Positions 11,548-21,245 are shown, counted from the first letter of the stretch. The stretch: DNA of 64,000 bases from an uncultured Planctomycetaceae bacterium (GCA_963833985.1 CAWIAD010000002.1:2048001-2112000); one strand, 5' to 3'. Notes: generated by a model from the letters alone, not told the origin. A program made the numbers and translations.

Positions 11548-12810
11548 ATGTCAGTTGGCGATCCTTCCAGCAACGGAATCGACGCGGAAGCCTGGGTGCT
11601 GGATACCGAGCCAGGCCAGCGGCTGCTGGCTGAGGCGTCCGCGATCCGCGATCCACGTCCGGCCGATTATACGCGCTGGAGGAAGATCGCATCGGCCCCG
11701 CGGGTCGCTGCCGCCGTCCGGCTGGCATCCTGCCGGGCCAGGGCAGGCGCGAAATTCTCACGCGGCAATCGCATGTGGCTCGATCCTGTTGGAATGGAGC
11801 AGGCCACCAGCGAGGTCGTCGCCCGGTACAAGGCCAGACGCTTCGAGACGGAGCATGTCGTCGACCTCTGCGCCGGGATCGGAGGCGACACGATCGCCCT
11901 GGCGGGAAGATCGAAGGTCATGGCCGTCGATCTCGACAGGGCCATGTGCCGCCGGCTCGCCTGGAATGCTGCCGTCTACGAGGTCGCGGAGCGCGTGCTG
12001 CCTTGCCGCTGCCGCGCTGAGACCTTTGCGATCCCGCACGGGGCGTGGGTTCACATCGACCCTGACCGGCGCTCCGGCGGGCCAAGGCGAGCCAGACTGC
12101 TGGCTGATTACCGTCCCGGCATCGAGTTCCTCAGAAGCCTGATGATAGCTGCGCCTGGCGGTGCCCTCAAGCTCAGCCCCGCCAGCGACTTCGCCGTCCA
12201 TTTCGATCGACCGCAACTCGAGATCGAGCTGATCAGCGTGAGCGGCGAATGCAAGGAGGCGACGGTCTGGTTCGGTGCCGCGGCCACCTGCCGGCGCCGG
12301 GCCACGCGACTTCCGGAGAACGTCACCTGGACCGACCGTGATGGCGATTCCAGGCTGGGTTTCCAGGTTCCCGCCGTACCGGTCTCCACGTTTGTCTTCG
12401 ATCCCGACCCCTCCCTGCTCCGCGCCGGACTGCTCGATTCATTCGCCGCGGCTCATGGGCTGAACCGGATCGCGGCCGATGTGGATTACCTGACCAGCAA
12501 TCGGCTGCTGAACGCGCCGTTTCTTACCGCCTTCGAAGTCCAGAGCGTCCACCGCCTTGACCTCAAACAGCTCCGGCGCCTGGTTGCCGAGCAAGACCTT
12601 GGGCCGCTGGAGATCAAGATCCGGGGGCTGGACCTTGCACCGGAACACGTCCGCACACAGCTTCGTGCCCGGGGCACGCGTTCGGGAACGCTGATACTTT
12701 CGGGAGGCACTGGACCGGCGCGAGCGATCATTGCCCGCCGAGTGGTCGCGGAGACCGCCACTGGCGGGACCGAAGCAAACGGGGAGGACGGGCCCGGGGT
12801 TCGCGAATGA
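11548..12810 (+). CDS. Class I SAM-dependent methyltransferase with THUMP-like C-terminus
   Basis: EQATS, DLCAGIGGD (motif I), DPDRR, KLSP, and LEIKIRG. Confidence 0.8.
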   Translation: MSVGDPSSNGIDAEAWVLDTEPGQRLLAEASAIRDPRPADYTRWRKIASAPRVAAAVRLASCRARAGAKFSRGNRMWLDPVGMEQATSEVVARYKARRFETEHVVDLCAGIGGDTIALAGRSKVMAVDLDRAMCRRLAWNAAVYEVAERVLPCRCRAETFAIPHGAWVHIDPDRRSGGPRRARLLADYRPGIEFLRSLMIAAPGGALKLSPASDFAVHFDRPQLEIELISVSGECKEATVWFGAAATCRRRATRLPENVTWTDRDGDSRLGFQVPAVPVSTFVFDPDPSLLRAGLLDSFAAAHGLNRIAADVDYLTSNRLLNAPFLTAFEVQSVHRLDLKQLRRLVAEQDLGPLEIKIRGLDLAPEHVRTQLRARGTRSGTLILSGGTGPARAIIARRVVAETATGGTEANGEDGPGVRE

Positions 12811-12843
12811 GAACAGGATCGGAGACTGAAGTCGAGAGGGCGT

Positions 12844-13617
12844 CTACTGCGGCTTGAGCACTTGTGCCCGCATCTGTGCCTCGAGTCGTTCCGCACGTTC
12901 CCGAGCCGCGGAGAGTTCGCGGGCAATCGAGTCGCGTTCCTGCGTGAGGGCATCGCGCTCGTGGACGGCGGCATCGCGTTCCTGGACCACGGCATCGCGC
13001 TCGTGGATGGCGGCATCGCGCTGCTGGACGGCGGCATCGCGCTCCTGGGCGAGTTCTCCGAACGTCAGGAATCGCTGTCCGGCCGGGTCGATCAGGATGA
13101 GTTCCCCCTGGGAAAGATCGAAGCGAACTCCGAGTCGGGGACTGACCCAGCCGTTCATCGGGTTAATTTCCTCGAGCCGCTCGCCCGCACGCATCCAGCC
13201 GTCGCACTCGTACGACTCGGGATCGTACACATAGTACTCCTCGATCCCGTACCGCTGGTAGAAGTCGAACTTCTTGACCATTTCTCTGAGGCGGTTTCCC
13301 GGCGAGAGGATCTCGAAGACGACCTGGGGTGCGATGCCGTCCTCGACCCATTGCATGTAAGATCCTCGGTCGCCCTTGGGACGTCCGAAGACGACCATGG
13401 CATCGGGCGCCTGGCGGATTTCGGGAGATCCCTCCACCGGATACCAGAGCAGGTCGCCGGCCACGAAGACGTCGGGGCGATCGCGAAAGACCCGCTCCAA
13501 TCCTTCCTTGATGGTGACGATCCAGCGAAACTGGACGGTATTCTCCGCCATCGGGTTCCCATCATCCTCGGGATAAACGACACGAGCCTTCACGGGCAGG
13601 GATGTCGAGATGCTCAT
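12844..13617 (-). CDS. Uma2-family (DUF820) endonuclease, copy 1, with six C-terminal xxRDxxx heptads
   Basis: YPEDDGNPMAENT, APD, FEILSPGN and YGIEEYYVYDP motifs; coiled-coil tail. Confidence 0.9.
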   Translation of the reverse strand: MSISTSLPVKARVVYPEDDGNPMAENTVQFRWIVTIKEGLERVFRDRPDVFVAGDLLWYPVEGSPEIRQAPDAMVVFGRPKGDRGSYMQWVEDGIAPQVVFEILSPGNRLREMVKKFDFYQRYGIEEYYVYDPESYECDGWMRAGERLEEINPMNGWVSPRLGVRFDLSQGELILIDPAGQRFLTFGELAQERDAAVQQRDAAIHERDAVVQERDAAVHERDALTQERDSIARELSAARERAERLEAQMRAQVLKPQ

Positions 13618-13668
13618 GGGGAAACCCTCTTTGCCGCATCCGGGCCTCTTACGGAATCTCCTGCCAAC

Positions 13669-13697
13669 ATCTTACACGCTCCGGCCATGGGCGTGAA
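13669..13697 (-). promoter_or_regulatory. Putative sigma70 promoter of Uma2 copy 1 (repeated at 14790-14818 for copy 2)
   Basis: Minus strand reads TTCACG-17 bp-TAAGAT, ~50 bp upstream of the ATG. Confidence 0.45.
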
Positions 13698-13826
13698 TTC
13701 GACAGCTTCCGCAGTCACCATTGAAGCCGGAAAGGCAGACGATGTGGTGGCGGCTGGACCATCGAAGGCGTCGTCGCCGCTCAGCTCGTGACCGGGTTCC
13801 GGTAGAAGCCGGTCAAATCATGGAAG

Positions 13827-13914
13827 CGGAGGAGGTGGGATTCGAACCCACGGTACCCCGGAGGGGTACACCGGTTTTCGAGACCGGCCGTTTCAACCAC
13901 TCAGGCACCCCTCC
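13827..13914 (-). tRNA. tRNA-Ser(CGA)
   Basis: Minus strand GGAGGGGTGCCTGAGTGGTTGAAACGGCCGGTCTCGAAAACCGG...GGTTCGAATCCCACCTCCTCCG; long variable arm; anticodon CGA. Confidence 0.95.
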
Positions 13915-14006
13915 GGACACTGGAAGCCGTGGCCGGGCCCGGGCTTTCCCGTGAATGCACTGCGCCAGACGGTAGGTTTCCCGATATCCATTGGAGTTGC
14001 TGGCGT

Positions 14007-14738
14007 TTACTGCGGCTTGAGCCCTTGTGCCCGCATCTGTGCCTCGAGCCGTTCCGCACGTTCCCGAGCCGCGGAGAGTTCGCGGGCGATCGAGTCGCGT
14101 TCCTGCGCGAGGGCATCACGCTGCTGGATGGCGGCATCGCGCTGCTGGACGGCGGCATCGCGCTCCTGGGCGAGTTCTCCGAACGTCAGGAATCGCTGTC
14201 CGGCCGGGTCGATCAGGATGAGTTCCCCCTGGGAAAGATCGAAGCGAACTCCGAGTCGGGGACTGACCCAGCCGTTCATCGGGTTAATTTCCTCGAGCCG
14301 CTCGCCCGCACGCATCCAGCCGTCGCACTCGTACGACTCGGGATCGTACACATAGTACTCCTCGATCCCGTACCGCTGGTAGAAGTCGAACTTCTTGACC
14401 ATTTCTCTGAGGCGGTTTCCCGGCGAGAGGATCTCGAAGACGACCTGGGGTGCGATGCCGTCCTCGACCCATTGCATGTAAGATCCTCGGTCGCCCTTGG
14501 GACGTCCGAAGACGACCATGGCATCGGGCGCCTGGCGGATTTCGGGAGATCCCTCCACCGGATACCAGAGCAGGTCGCCGGCCACGAAGACGTCGGGGCG
14601 ATCGCGAAAGACCCGCTCCAATCCTTCCTTGATGGTGACGATCCAGCGAAACTGGACGGTATTCTCCGCCATCGGGTTCCCATCATCCTCGGGATAAACG
14701 ACACGAGCCTTCACGGGCAGGGATGTCGAGATGCTCAT
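14007..14738 (-). CDS. Uma2-family endonuclease, copy 2 (four heptads)
   Basis: Near-identical to copy 1 but 14 aa shorter in the tail. Confidence 0.9.
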   Translation of the reverse strand: MSISTSLPVKARVVYPEDDGNPMAENTVQFRWIVTIKEGLERVFRDRPDVFVAGDLLWYPVEGSPEIRQAPDAMVVFGRPKGDRGSYMQWVEDGIAPQVVFEILSPGNRLREMVKKFDFYQRYGIEEYYVYDPESYECDGWMRAGERLEEINPMNGWVSPRLGVRFDLSQGELILIDPAGQRFLTFGELAQERDAAVQQRDAAIQQRDALAQERDSIARELSAARERAERLEAQMRAQGLKPQ

Positions 14739-14947
14739 GGGGAAACCCTCTTTGCCGCATCCGGGCCTCTTACGGAATCTCCTGCCAACATCTTACACGC
14801 TCCGGCCATGGGCGTGAATTCGACAGCTTCCGCAGTCACCATTGAAGCCGGAAAGGCAGACGATGTGGTGGCGGCTGGACCATCGAAGGCGTCGTCGCCG
14901 CTCAGCTCGAGACCGAGTTCCGGTAGAAGCCGGTCAAATCATGGAAG

Positions 14948-15008
14948 CGGAGGAGGTGGGATTCAAACCCACGGTACCCCGGAGGGGTACACCGGTTTTC
15001 GAGACCGG
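14948..15008 (-). other. tRNA-Ser 3' fragment = att junction of the genomic island
   Basis: Matches the tRNA from the anticodon stem (CCGGTCTCGAAAACCGG) to the 3' end, with one T-loop change (TTCGAAT>TTTGAAT); similarity stops abruptly at 15008. Confidence 0.85.
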
Positions 15009-15065
15009 ACACCTCATCCCCTAAGTACCAATGATAGCAACGACTTGAGTTCCAGGCAATCCGAG

Positions 15066-15086
15066 TGTTGCACCGATTGTTGCACC
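15066..15086 (+). repeat. Direct repeat TGTTGCACC x2, candidate integrase arm-type sites
   Basis: Copies at 15066-15074 and 15078-15086, ~60 bp inside the att site. Confidence 0.5.
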
Positions 15087-15186
15087 CAAACGCAAGATTT
15101 GCCCACATTCCCCTCGGATCTCCAAGCCGTCGTTAGGGCCTGGTCAGGCCTTCCCGCTCATGTTCGTGAAACGATTTTGACGCTCG

Positions 15187-16125
15187 TTGTCGTCGCAGGT
15201 ACGTGTCAGGATCCCACGTCATGACCTGCCGAACGCTACCCTCATCAACCTTCGCGAGCAAGGGGTACCTAGCATCATGGAACTCGCAGTACTCATCCAG
15301 GCCTTCGAACCGATCATGGATCCTACGGGCGAAGCCTACATTCAGGTCTGCACTAAAGGAGCGATCGAGCCCATTCAACTACCACTGGAAGCTCTCCCAG
15401 CTCGACGCCTCATAAGGGCCGAACTGTCCAGGATGCTGGGGGGAGTACTCCCAACGGATCATCAGACCCGCAGCTGCATGGATGTCCTTTGGGCTTGGGC
15501 GTTCTACGGGAACCGCACGGTGGCCGCGTTGAGCCTCGAATACCTGTTAACTTACGATCCCGTCGCTCAAGCAATCATGGCTCTTTACAAGAAAGGCGGT
15601 GCGAAACAGCCGGCAAAACCACTCCTGTCCACCTTGGCCAGAATCGCCAAAATGGAAGACATCGACATCACAAAAGGGAATTGGCCTGCCAACGAGGACG
15701 CCTTGGGCTGCCGACTGAGAGCCTTCGTCGAGCCATTCGCGAAAGCGGGTATTGCGATTACGTACGACTATAAGGCTCGGCCACGGACTTGGTGCATTCC
15801 TCCGAGGATTCGACCAAGTGGCGTAAGTGACAGCAAAGTGTCGGATGCAACTGCCCACCACGTAATGGATTCCGCCTCACCAGACACTTTGGTCCCCTCC
15901 TCAGGAACCCCCCTACCACAAGTGACATGGCATGTCGCATCGGTAGCCACAGAATCTGCTCGGAGCCAGGAGGATCAGGAAATGGATCTCCTCACGAACG
16001 GCTCGGAATTGCCGCGGAGTAACTCATGGCCGAGCTTGGGAACAGACGCCACCCACGAGCATGACCGGGACGATGAGATACCGTCAGACGAGGAGATCCA
16101 ACACCTTTGGGAGACCACTCGATGA
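15187..16125 (+). CDS. Hypothetical protein with putative winged-helix region (replication-protein-like); start uncertain
   Basis: WPANEDALGCRLRAFVEPFAKAGIAI segment; stop codon overlaps the next ATG (ATGA). Confidence 0.5.
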   Translation: MSSQVRVRIPRHDLPNATLINLREQGVPSIMELAVLIQAFEPIMDPTGEAYIQVCTKGAIEPIQLPLEALPARRLIRAELSRMLGGVLPTDHQTRSCMDVLWAWAFYGNRTVAALSLEYLLTYDPVAQAIMALYKKGGAKQPAKPLLSTLARIAKMEDIDITKGNWPANEDALGCRLRAFVEPFAKAGIAITYDYKARPRTWCIPPRIRPSGVSDSKVSDATAHHVMDSASPDTLVPSSGTPLPQVTWHVASVATESARSQEDQEMDLLTNGSELPRSNSWPSLGTDATHEHDRDDEIPSDEEIQHLWETTR

Positions 16126-16964
16126 CCGTTCAGCAAAAACCACTTATCACTGCCAAAGAGGCTGAGACTGAAATCCCAGATCTCGAGGCGATGTTTCTGC
16201 CTGATAACCTACGCCGATACTTGGAGACGCGGCTGAACAACCCTCCTGAAAATGATGCCAACCTCCTGATCGAGGGAGACCCTGGAACTGGGAAAACAAG
16301 CGTCGAGATCGCCTTGATCCGACGACGACTGAACAATCCGAAACTCTTCAGCGGGGACTTCGAGGAGATCGTACAGGAGCCGGGCAACGAGGCATTGAAC
16401 GAATACGATGCCCGGTTCTTCCAGACAAAAACATATGGTGGTATCTATGTTTTTGTAAGAATCGACGGAGGTAGTGAAAAGAGAGTCTGTCTCGAGGAGA
16501 AAGTCCAAGACGTCATTTGGAGCCAAGGCGACCACAAGTTCGTTCTCCTGGATGAGGCAGGAGAGCTCTTCTTCCGAGGAATGGAAGAGTGCCTGCGTCC
16601 TTTACTCACACACCCCCGAGTAACCACGTACGCGAATGCCCAGAACTTTCACAGCAAGCGGAGAACGGACAAAAAGGCGGAGGAAGAAGCCCGACTGATC
16701 GCATTCCTGCGACGTTTTACGCACCGGTTCCACATGACGAACCCCACGCCCGATCAGCTCACTCGACTGCTGATCCGCCGTATGAAGCATTGGAGGATTG
16801 AGTTGGACCATCCATCCACACTTCGTCTATTGGTTGAAAAGTCCGAGTGTGTCGTGGGCTATGCCATACGTCCGCTGATTCGGGCTATCGACGATCCTGA
16901 TGGACGACGAATGCTTACTCGGAGAATCGTCGAGGAAGCTGACGTCAATCCGCTGCTCGGCTGA
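16122..16964 (+). CDS. AAA+ ATPase
   Basis: Walker A GDPGTGKT, Walker B VLLDEAGE, arginine-finger-like FLRRF; GGAG RBS. Confidence 0.8.
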   Translation: MTVQQKPLITAKEAETEIPDLEAMFLPDNLRRYLETRLNNPPENDANLLIEGDPGTGKTSVEIALIRRRLNNPKLFSGDFEEIVQEPGNEALNEYDARFFQTKTYGGIYVFVRIDGGSEKRVCLEEKVQDVIWSQGDHKFVLLDEAGELFFRGMEECLRPLLTHPRVTTYANAQNFHSKRRTDKKAEEEARLIAFLRRFTHRFHMTNPTPDQLTRLLIRRMKHWRIELDHPSTLRLLVEKSECVVGYAIRPLIRAIDDPDGRRMLTRRIVEEADVNPLLG

Positions 16965-17152
16965 TCGCCATCAGGTAACTCTACATAAATAGTTACATAT
17001 ATCTATTCAATGGCTAGCATCAATGTGCGGCCCAAAGGCTCACGAGCAGATTCCAGTCTCGCCGAGAGCAATATCAAGCAACTAATGATATTGGGATTCA
17101 TTTGGGGGTATGGATTGAAGAGTTGAATTCATACCCTTGGGAACCCAAGACC

Positions 17153-19474
17153 ATGTGCATTCCGCAAGAACGTCCCACTAATGATGGGAACCAGACCGAA
17201 GGAACCAACCCTGCTAGTCCATCCCTCCCTCGGACGCGAGACGGTCGGATCAAGTCGCGTCTCTCCTGGGAGGAGAAGCTCCAGATCCTCGACCCTCATT
17301 CAGCTCCCAAGGCAACCGAAGCTCGCCTGATCGAGTTCGCGAAGCTTCTTGCGTTCCGGGTCTCAAAAGCATCAATTACCAAGGTCGGAAAAGGTCCCCG
17401 TGCCTGGACCTCTCTGGTCGTTCCATTGACTCTTCTCCACATCGCTCGCCATCTCCTGGCGGATCAAGTTCCGACTCTGCCTCCCCAATGGATCGCCTCA
17501 CGGAGCTTATCGACCAGCGTTTTGATGGCGATTGATGTCGACTCGGACAGGACTCCCGGAGCCATGCTTAATGCCAAACGCGATTTGCTCCGAGATCAGA
17601 CGATGAAACCAATCGAGGCCCCTGACGACCCTCTCAGACAGCAAGTTCTCTCAAAGCCTGCGGATTACAAAGCTCCCTTCGCTCAGCGGAACCGAGAAGT
17701 GCTTTCTGCCCTCAGACTCTTAGGACTGAATCCGAGAAATCCAAGAGAGGTGTTGGTCCAGCACACCCCGTCGGGGGGTAGGCATTATTATGTATTCTTC
17801 GACACACCCAATCACCTTGATCAGTACCGAGCCTTGCTCGAAGCTGCGGGACTAAGGCACATCCCCGGTCAGATAGAGTTCTTTCCATCTACGTCTCAGG
17901 GTCTGCGGCTTCCATTTGGCTTCATACCCGGGAGGACACACGACCCCACGGCCTGGATTCAATTCATCGACGACTTCTCGAATGGCCGGATTCGTAGATT
18001 CTCACTGCAAACCCTTTACGAGAACCTGACGCGAAGAACTGAGACTTCAAATCTTGATCAGGAACCTTCGGATCGGCAAAGCAGACCCACCAAACCAAAA
18101 TCAGGCTCGGAGATCTCTGAGGGAAACCGGATCTTACATGGAACACCGAAGCATGTCCGGGTGCGGCCAGCACCGCTGACTGAGCCCCCTGGGCTCTCGA
18201 TGGAACCTTCCTTAGTCGAGCATTCGGCCGACCATTACCTACGGATCATCCAGAACCGCCCGCAGTCTCGAGAGGAGGCGAAGATTCTCTGGAAAGCCGG
18301 GATCCAGATATTCGGTACGCGGACTCAGATCCTCAAGCACTTGGCCGCCCACCTGATCTGGTTCAAAAACGTGTCTTCCGATCAGGCCGCCAAGTTGCTG
18401 ACCCAATGGGCCATGGATCCTCGACACCAGAGCCGGGACATTCAATCTGATCTGCGTGATGGCACTGCCAAGGTGACAGGCCAGATTGCTGAGATTTGTC
18501 GTTGGCATGGCGAACGAAAGGCGTCTCCGAATTTACAGGTCCAGCCGTCAGTCGATTCTCGGCCTCGCTTCGCTCCTTCGGAGCTTTGTGCCCTACACGA
18601 CGCTATTCAGTCGGTACCACCCAACGAGCGAAGAGATCTGAGTCACTTTCTTCTTAGCTTTCTGGGTTTTGCCAAGTCCCATGGGAAGCCGGCTGAAGAC
18701 GGATCCGGTTGGATTGCTTCAGCGGATGTAAAGGCGGTGATACGGCGGTGGCCCGGTTGCCAACATATGAACTATAGATATCGAATGCAGCTTGCAATGG
18801 CCGCCCGGGTATTCACGTTGGTCAAAGAGAAATGGCAGCGTCCAGGTGGCGGAGGAAGACCCAGAACCTACCTGTTGAATGTTCCAATAACACCGTCAGA
18901 AGCCTGGACACAAAGTTACGAGATGGCTTTGAAATCCCTCATAAGCATCACCTCACCGCAACATCCAACAGAGGAAGAAAGAACCAGGGACCATGTCTCA
19001 AGTTTCCCACGCGAATTCATCGACGAGAGAAGATTCGACGACATCAACTGGCACCCCGACGAGCATTCCGTTGACAAGGGACCTCTTTATCAGAGGAGTG
19101 CCCAGGGAACTCTGGGAGAGGCTTCACATCAACGCAATCCAGAGCGGACTCAGACTGAAAAACTATCTGATCCGCCTCCTGAAGGATGCCCAACCATTCC
19201 CACCGGAATAGGAATGCGGAGCTCACGGCGACATTTGCAGGCTTGCCAAGCCGATCTACGCCGATTTGGACTCAATTCAGAACCTCACCGGGAATTACCG
19301 ACACCGATTGTAGACCGGTCTGTCAATATGGAATCCATGAAGCAGGCACTACTGAATCTTCGAACCACCTACATTGAAGCACGTCTCAGGAATGAGGGGC
19401 TTGCCAACTTGGAACGTCCTACTCCACAAGTTCCCGTGAACGACTCGAAAGACGACACGACAAGAGGCCCATGA
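17153..19474 (+). CDS. AEP-superfamily primase-polymerase / Rep-like protein
   Basis: AIDVD (DxD), TPSGGRHYY (motif II) and IEFFP..GLRLP, then a helical PriCT-like region and a wHTH-like region; the last ~150 aa may be read-through. Confidence 0.65.
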   Translation: MCIPQERPTNDGNQTEGTNPASPSLPRTRDGRIKSRLSWEEKLQILDPHSAPKATEARLIEFAKLLAFRVSKASITKVGKGPRAWTSLVVPLTLLHIARHLLADQVPTLPPQWIASRSLSTSVLMAIDVDSDRTPGAMLNAKRDLLRDQTMKPIEAPDDPLRQQVLSKPADYKAPFAQRNREVLSALRLLGLNPRNPREVLVQHTPSGGRHYYVFFDTPNHLDQYRALLEAAGLRHIPGQIEFFPSTSQGLRLPFGFIPGRTHDPTAWIQFIDDFSNGRIRRFSLQTLYENLTRRTETSNLDQEPSDRQSRPTKPKSGSEISEGNRILHGTPKHVRVRPAPLTEPPGLSMEPSLVEHSADHYLRIIQNRPQSREEAKILWKAGIQIFGTRTQILKHLAAHLIWFKNVSSDQAAKLLTQWAMDPRHQSRDIQSDLRDGTAKVTGQIAEICRWHGERKASPNLQVQPSVDSRPRFAPSELCALHDAIQSVPPNERRDLSHFLLSFLGFAKSHGKPAEDGSGWIASADVKAVIRRWPGCQHMNYRYRMQLAMAARVFTLVKEKWQRPGGGGRPRTYLLNVPITPSEAWTQSYEMALKSLISITSPQHPTEEERTRDHVSSFPREFIDERRFDDINWHPDEHSVDKGPLYQRSAQGTLGEASHQRNPERTQTEKLSDPPPEGCPTIPTGIGMRSSRRHLQACQADLRRFGLNSEPHRELPTPIVDRSVNMESMKQALLNLRTTYIEARLRNEGLANLERPTPQVPVNDSKDDTTRGP
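18993..19211 (+). CDS. Small ribbon-helix-helix-like protein nested out-of-frame in the primase ORF
   Basis: LFIRGVPRELWERLHINAIQSGLRLKNYLIRLL; AGGGA RBS; paralogous to 21418-21642. Confidence 0.55.
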   Translation: MSQVSHANSSTREDSTTSTGTPTSIPLTRDLFIRGVPRELWERLHINAIQSGLRLKNYLIRLLKDAQPFPPE

Positions 19475-20279
19475 GCCTGGCGTTAACTTGTCACATAGAC
19501 TAATCAAGTCATCCGAAACTCGGGGCTCCTAAAGTCCCAATTAAGGTCATCGCCATGCTCCGCATGGGGCGTTGGAGTCTGGGTCTCAGCCTTAGAGGTC
19601 CATCCCTCCATTCGTAATACGATAGCTTATGAATGCTGATGCTTTGAGTTTCGAGTGGTTCTTAAGATCCTCTTCACGCGAAGCCTACAGGCTGTTTACC
19701 TCGGATAGTTCGCCCTGTGCCAGTGCTACTGAGTGTCTGATTGGGATTCTCAATTCAGTATTCGATCCAGTTCTACATCTTCATCGTTCTAATTCTGCTC
19801 ACGAGCAGGCCCCGTTTTCTCATCCCGGACACGTAATTGTATGGACCTTCTTGTTCCTCTAGGACTGAAAGGACTACCCCCAGTCTAAAGACCATGGGCT
19901 ACCGTGAAATTCCTCCCTCTGCAATTCAAACCTCACCCGGTAACAGAACCTGACGTCTCAAGTCCGTGATCAAATCCGCCAGCGAAAACCTCTACACTTC
20001 ATCCCCTTGATAGTCTGAATGGTCTGGTTCACTTGTATTCCCCGGTCTCCACTGACGAGCAGAGGCTTGAGGTCCTGCTGGGTCGCGTCAACGAATTGCA
20101 ACACCTTCACATACAAGCAACCGCCTGTATCCGTTGCCACCAGCATCGAGATGCTAGTAGTTGACGCAGGTTGATGTGGGAGAACCACGAGAGGCTTTCG
20201 ATTCCGGCAGTAACTGAAAACTACCCGGGGTATCACAAAGGTGAAACTATTCTTGATTCTTCAGTCTCCAGGAGGAACC

Positions 20280-20468
20280 ATGCCCGAGACATCTAAACCC
20301 AAGAGTACCGACAAGCAGTCTGTTGCTGTCCTGAAGGGCAGTCCTGAGTTCCATGCTTGGTTCAGTCGATTCCAGCGACAATTAAGGCTCCCCGCCGCCA
20401 TTCTTCTGGACGCTGCCATAGCGGAGCTCGCCCGATCAAAGGGCTTCGAGGACCCACCCCCTCGTTGA
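20280..20468 (+). CDS. Small RHH-like DNA-binding protein
   Basis: GGAGG RBS; VAVLKGSPEFHAWF...AAILLDAAIAELAR; paralogue at 24011. Confidence 0.6.
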   Translation: MPETSKPKSTDKQSVAVLKGSPEFHAWFSRFQRQLRLPAAILLDAAIAELARSKGFEDPPPR

Positions 20469-20702
20469 GCAGATCAGCTTCGGAGGACCCCGGCTCTATC
20501 GACGAACCTGAGATCCACAGCTGAAATCGTTTGATCATGCATCGTGAGCCAGAAAACACTTCCGTGCGAGCGATATGAGGATATCAAAGCAACGTAATCA
20601 ATATTCGGGATGATCGTAGATACGGAAATCTCAGTCGGAAGAACGGATGCCATTTCCTGACCGAGTGAGTTCAGAAGGGTGATCGCCCGTGAGGCCACAA
20701 CA

Positions 20703-21245
20703 ATGAATAATCTCCTTGAATATCTCCTGGACGCATACAACGTCCCACTGTCTCAACGACATAGAGCACTTGACCAGGATCAGTTGATCAAGATCGACGA
20801 TGAGAATAGTGGAGACGTCTCTTATCTGTTCTGCCAGATTCACGCTAGACTTCCTGATCCGCACGGCAAAGAGATCATTCTCACGTTTGACAAAGCTCCC
20901 TTCGGTCTAGCTGCAAGAGAACTAATCATCGAGCGAGACGGGACGATCGAGGAAACCTGGTTAGGTCCGATCGTCACGCTCCCTATCGACATCAAGAGCA
21001 TATCCTTCCTGAGAAAACTTGCCCGGACGGTTCGCAACACAGTCGGTCACAACCGTAGTTACGCGGACCCCAACTGGAAGTGGCTCTGCCCCCGCACTGC
21101 AACTTCCCTGGAACAGTTCGCGGACATCGTCATGGCGTATCGCAGTAAACGAAGGGCCGAGCTGCAGATAAATGACTCTCATGCTCGTCACCGTGCTGTC
21201 GGTGACCAAGCAACTGGGTTTGGAACTTCTTGCTTTGAAGGATGA
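20703..21245 (+). CDS. Hypothetical protein
   Basis: GAGG RBS; globular-looking ORF of ~180 aa. Confidence 0.55.
   Translation: MNNLLEYLLDAYNVPLSQRHRALDQDQLIKIDDENSGDVSYLFCQIHARLPDPHGKEIILTFDKAPFGLAARELIIERDGTIEETWLGPIVTLPIDIKSISFLRKLARTVRNTVGHNRSYADPNWKWLCPRTATSLEQFADIVMAYRSKRRAELQINDSHARHRAVGDQATGFGTSCFEG

Larger units (their letters stand above)
12839..15008. repeat. ~1 kb direct duplication (12839-13887 vs 14002-15008)
   Basis: Uma2, its upstream region and the tRNA 3' portion are repeated; offset is 1121 bp at the tRNA end. Confidence 0.92.

Noticed and set aside
12862..15008. Plus-strand ORFs 12862-13791 and 13929-15224
   Set aside because: They are antisense to the Uma2 genes (the second also runs through the tRNA fragment) and show no motifs apart from the short post-att peptide
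14948..15008. Second functional tRNA-Ser
   Set aside because: It lacks the 5' acceptor strand and D-arm and has a mutated T-loop
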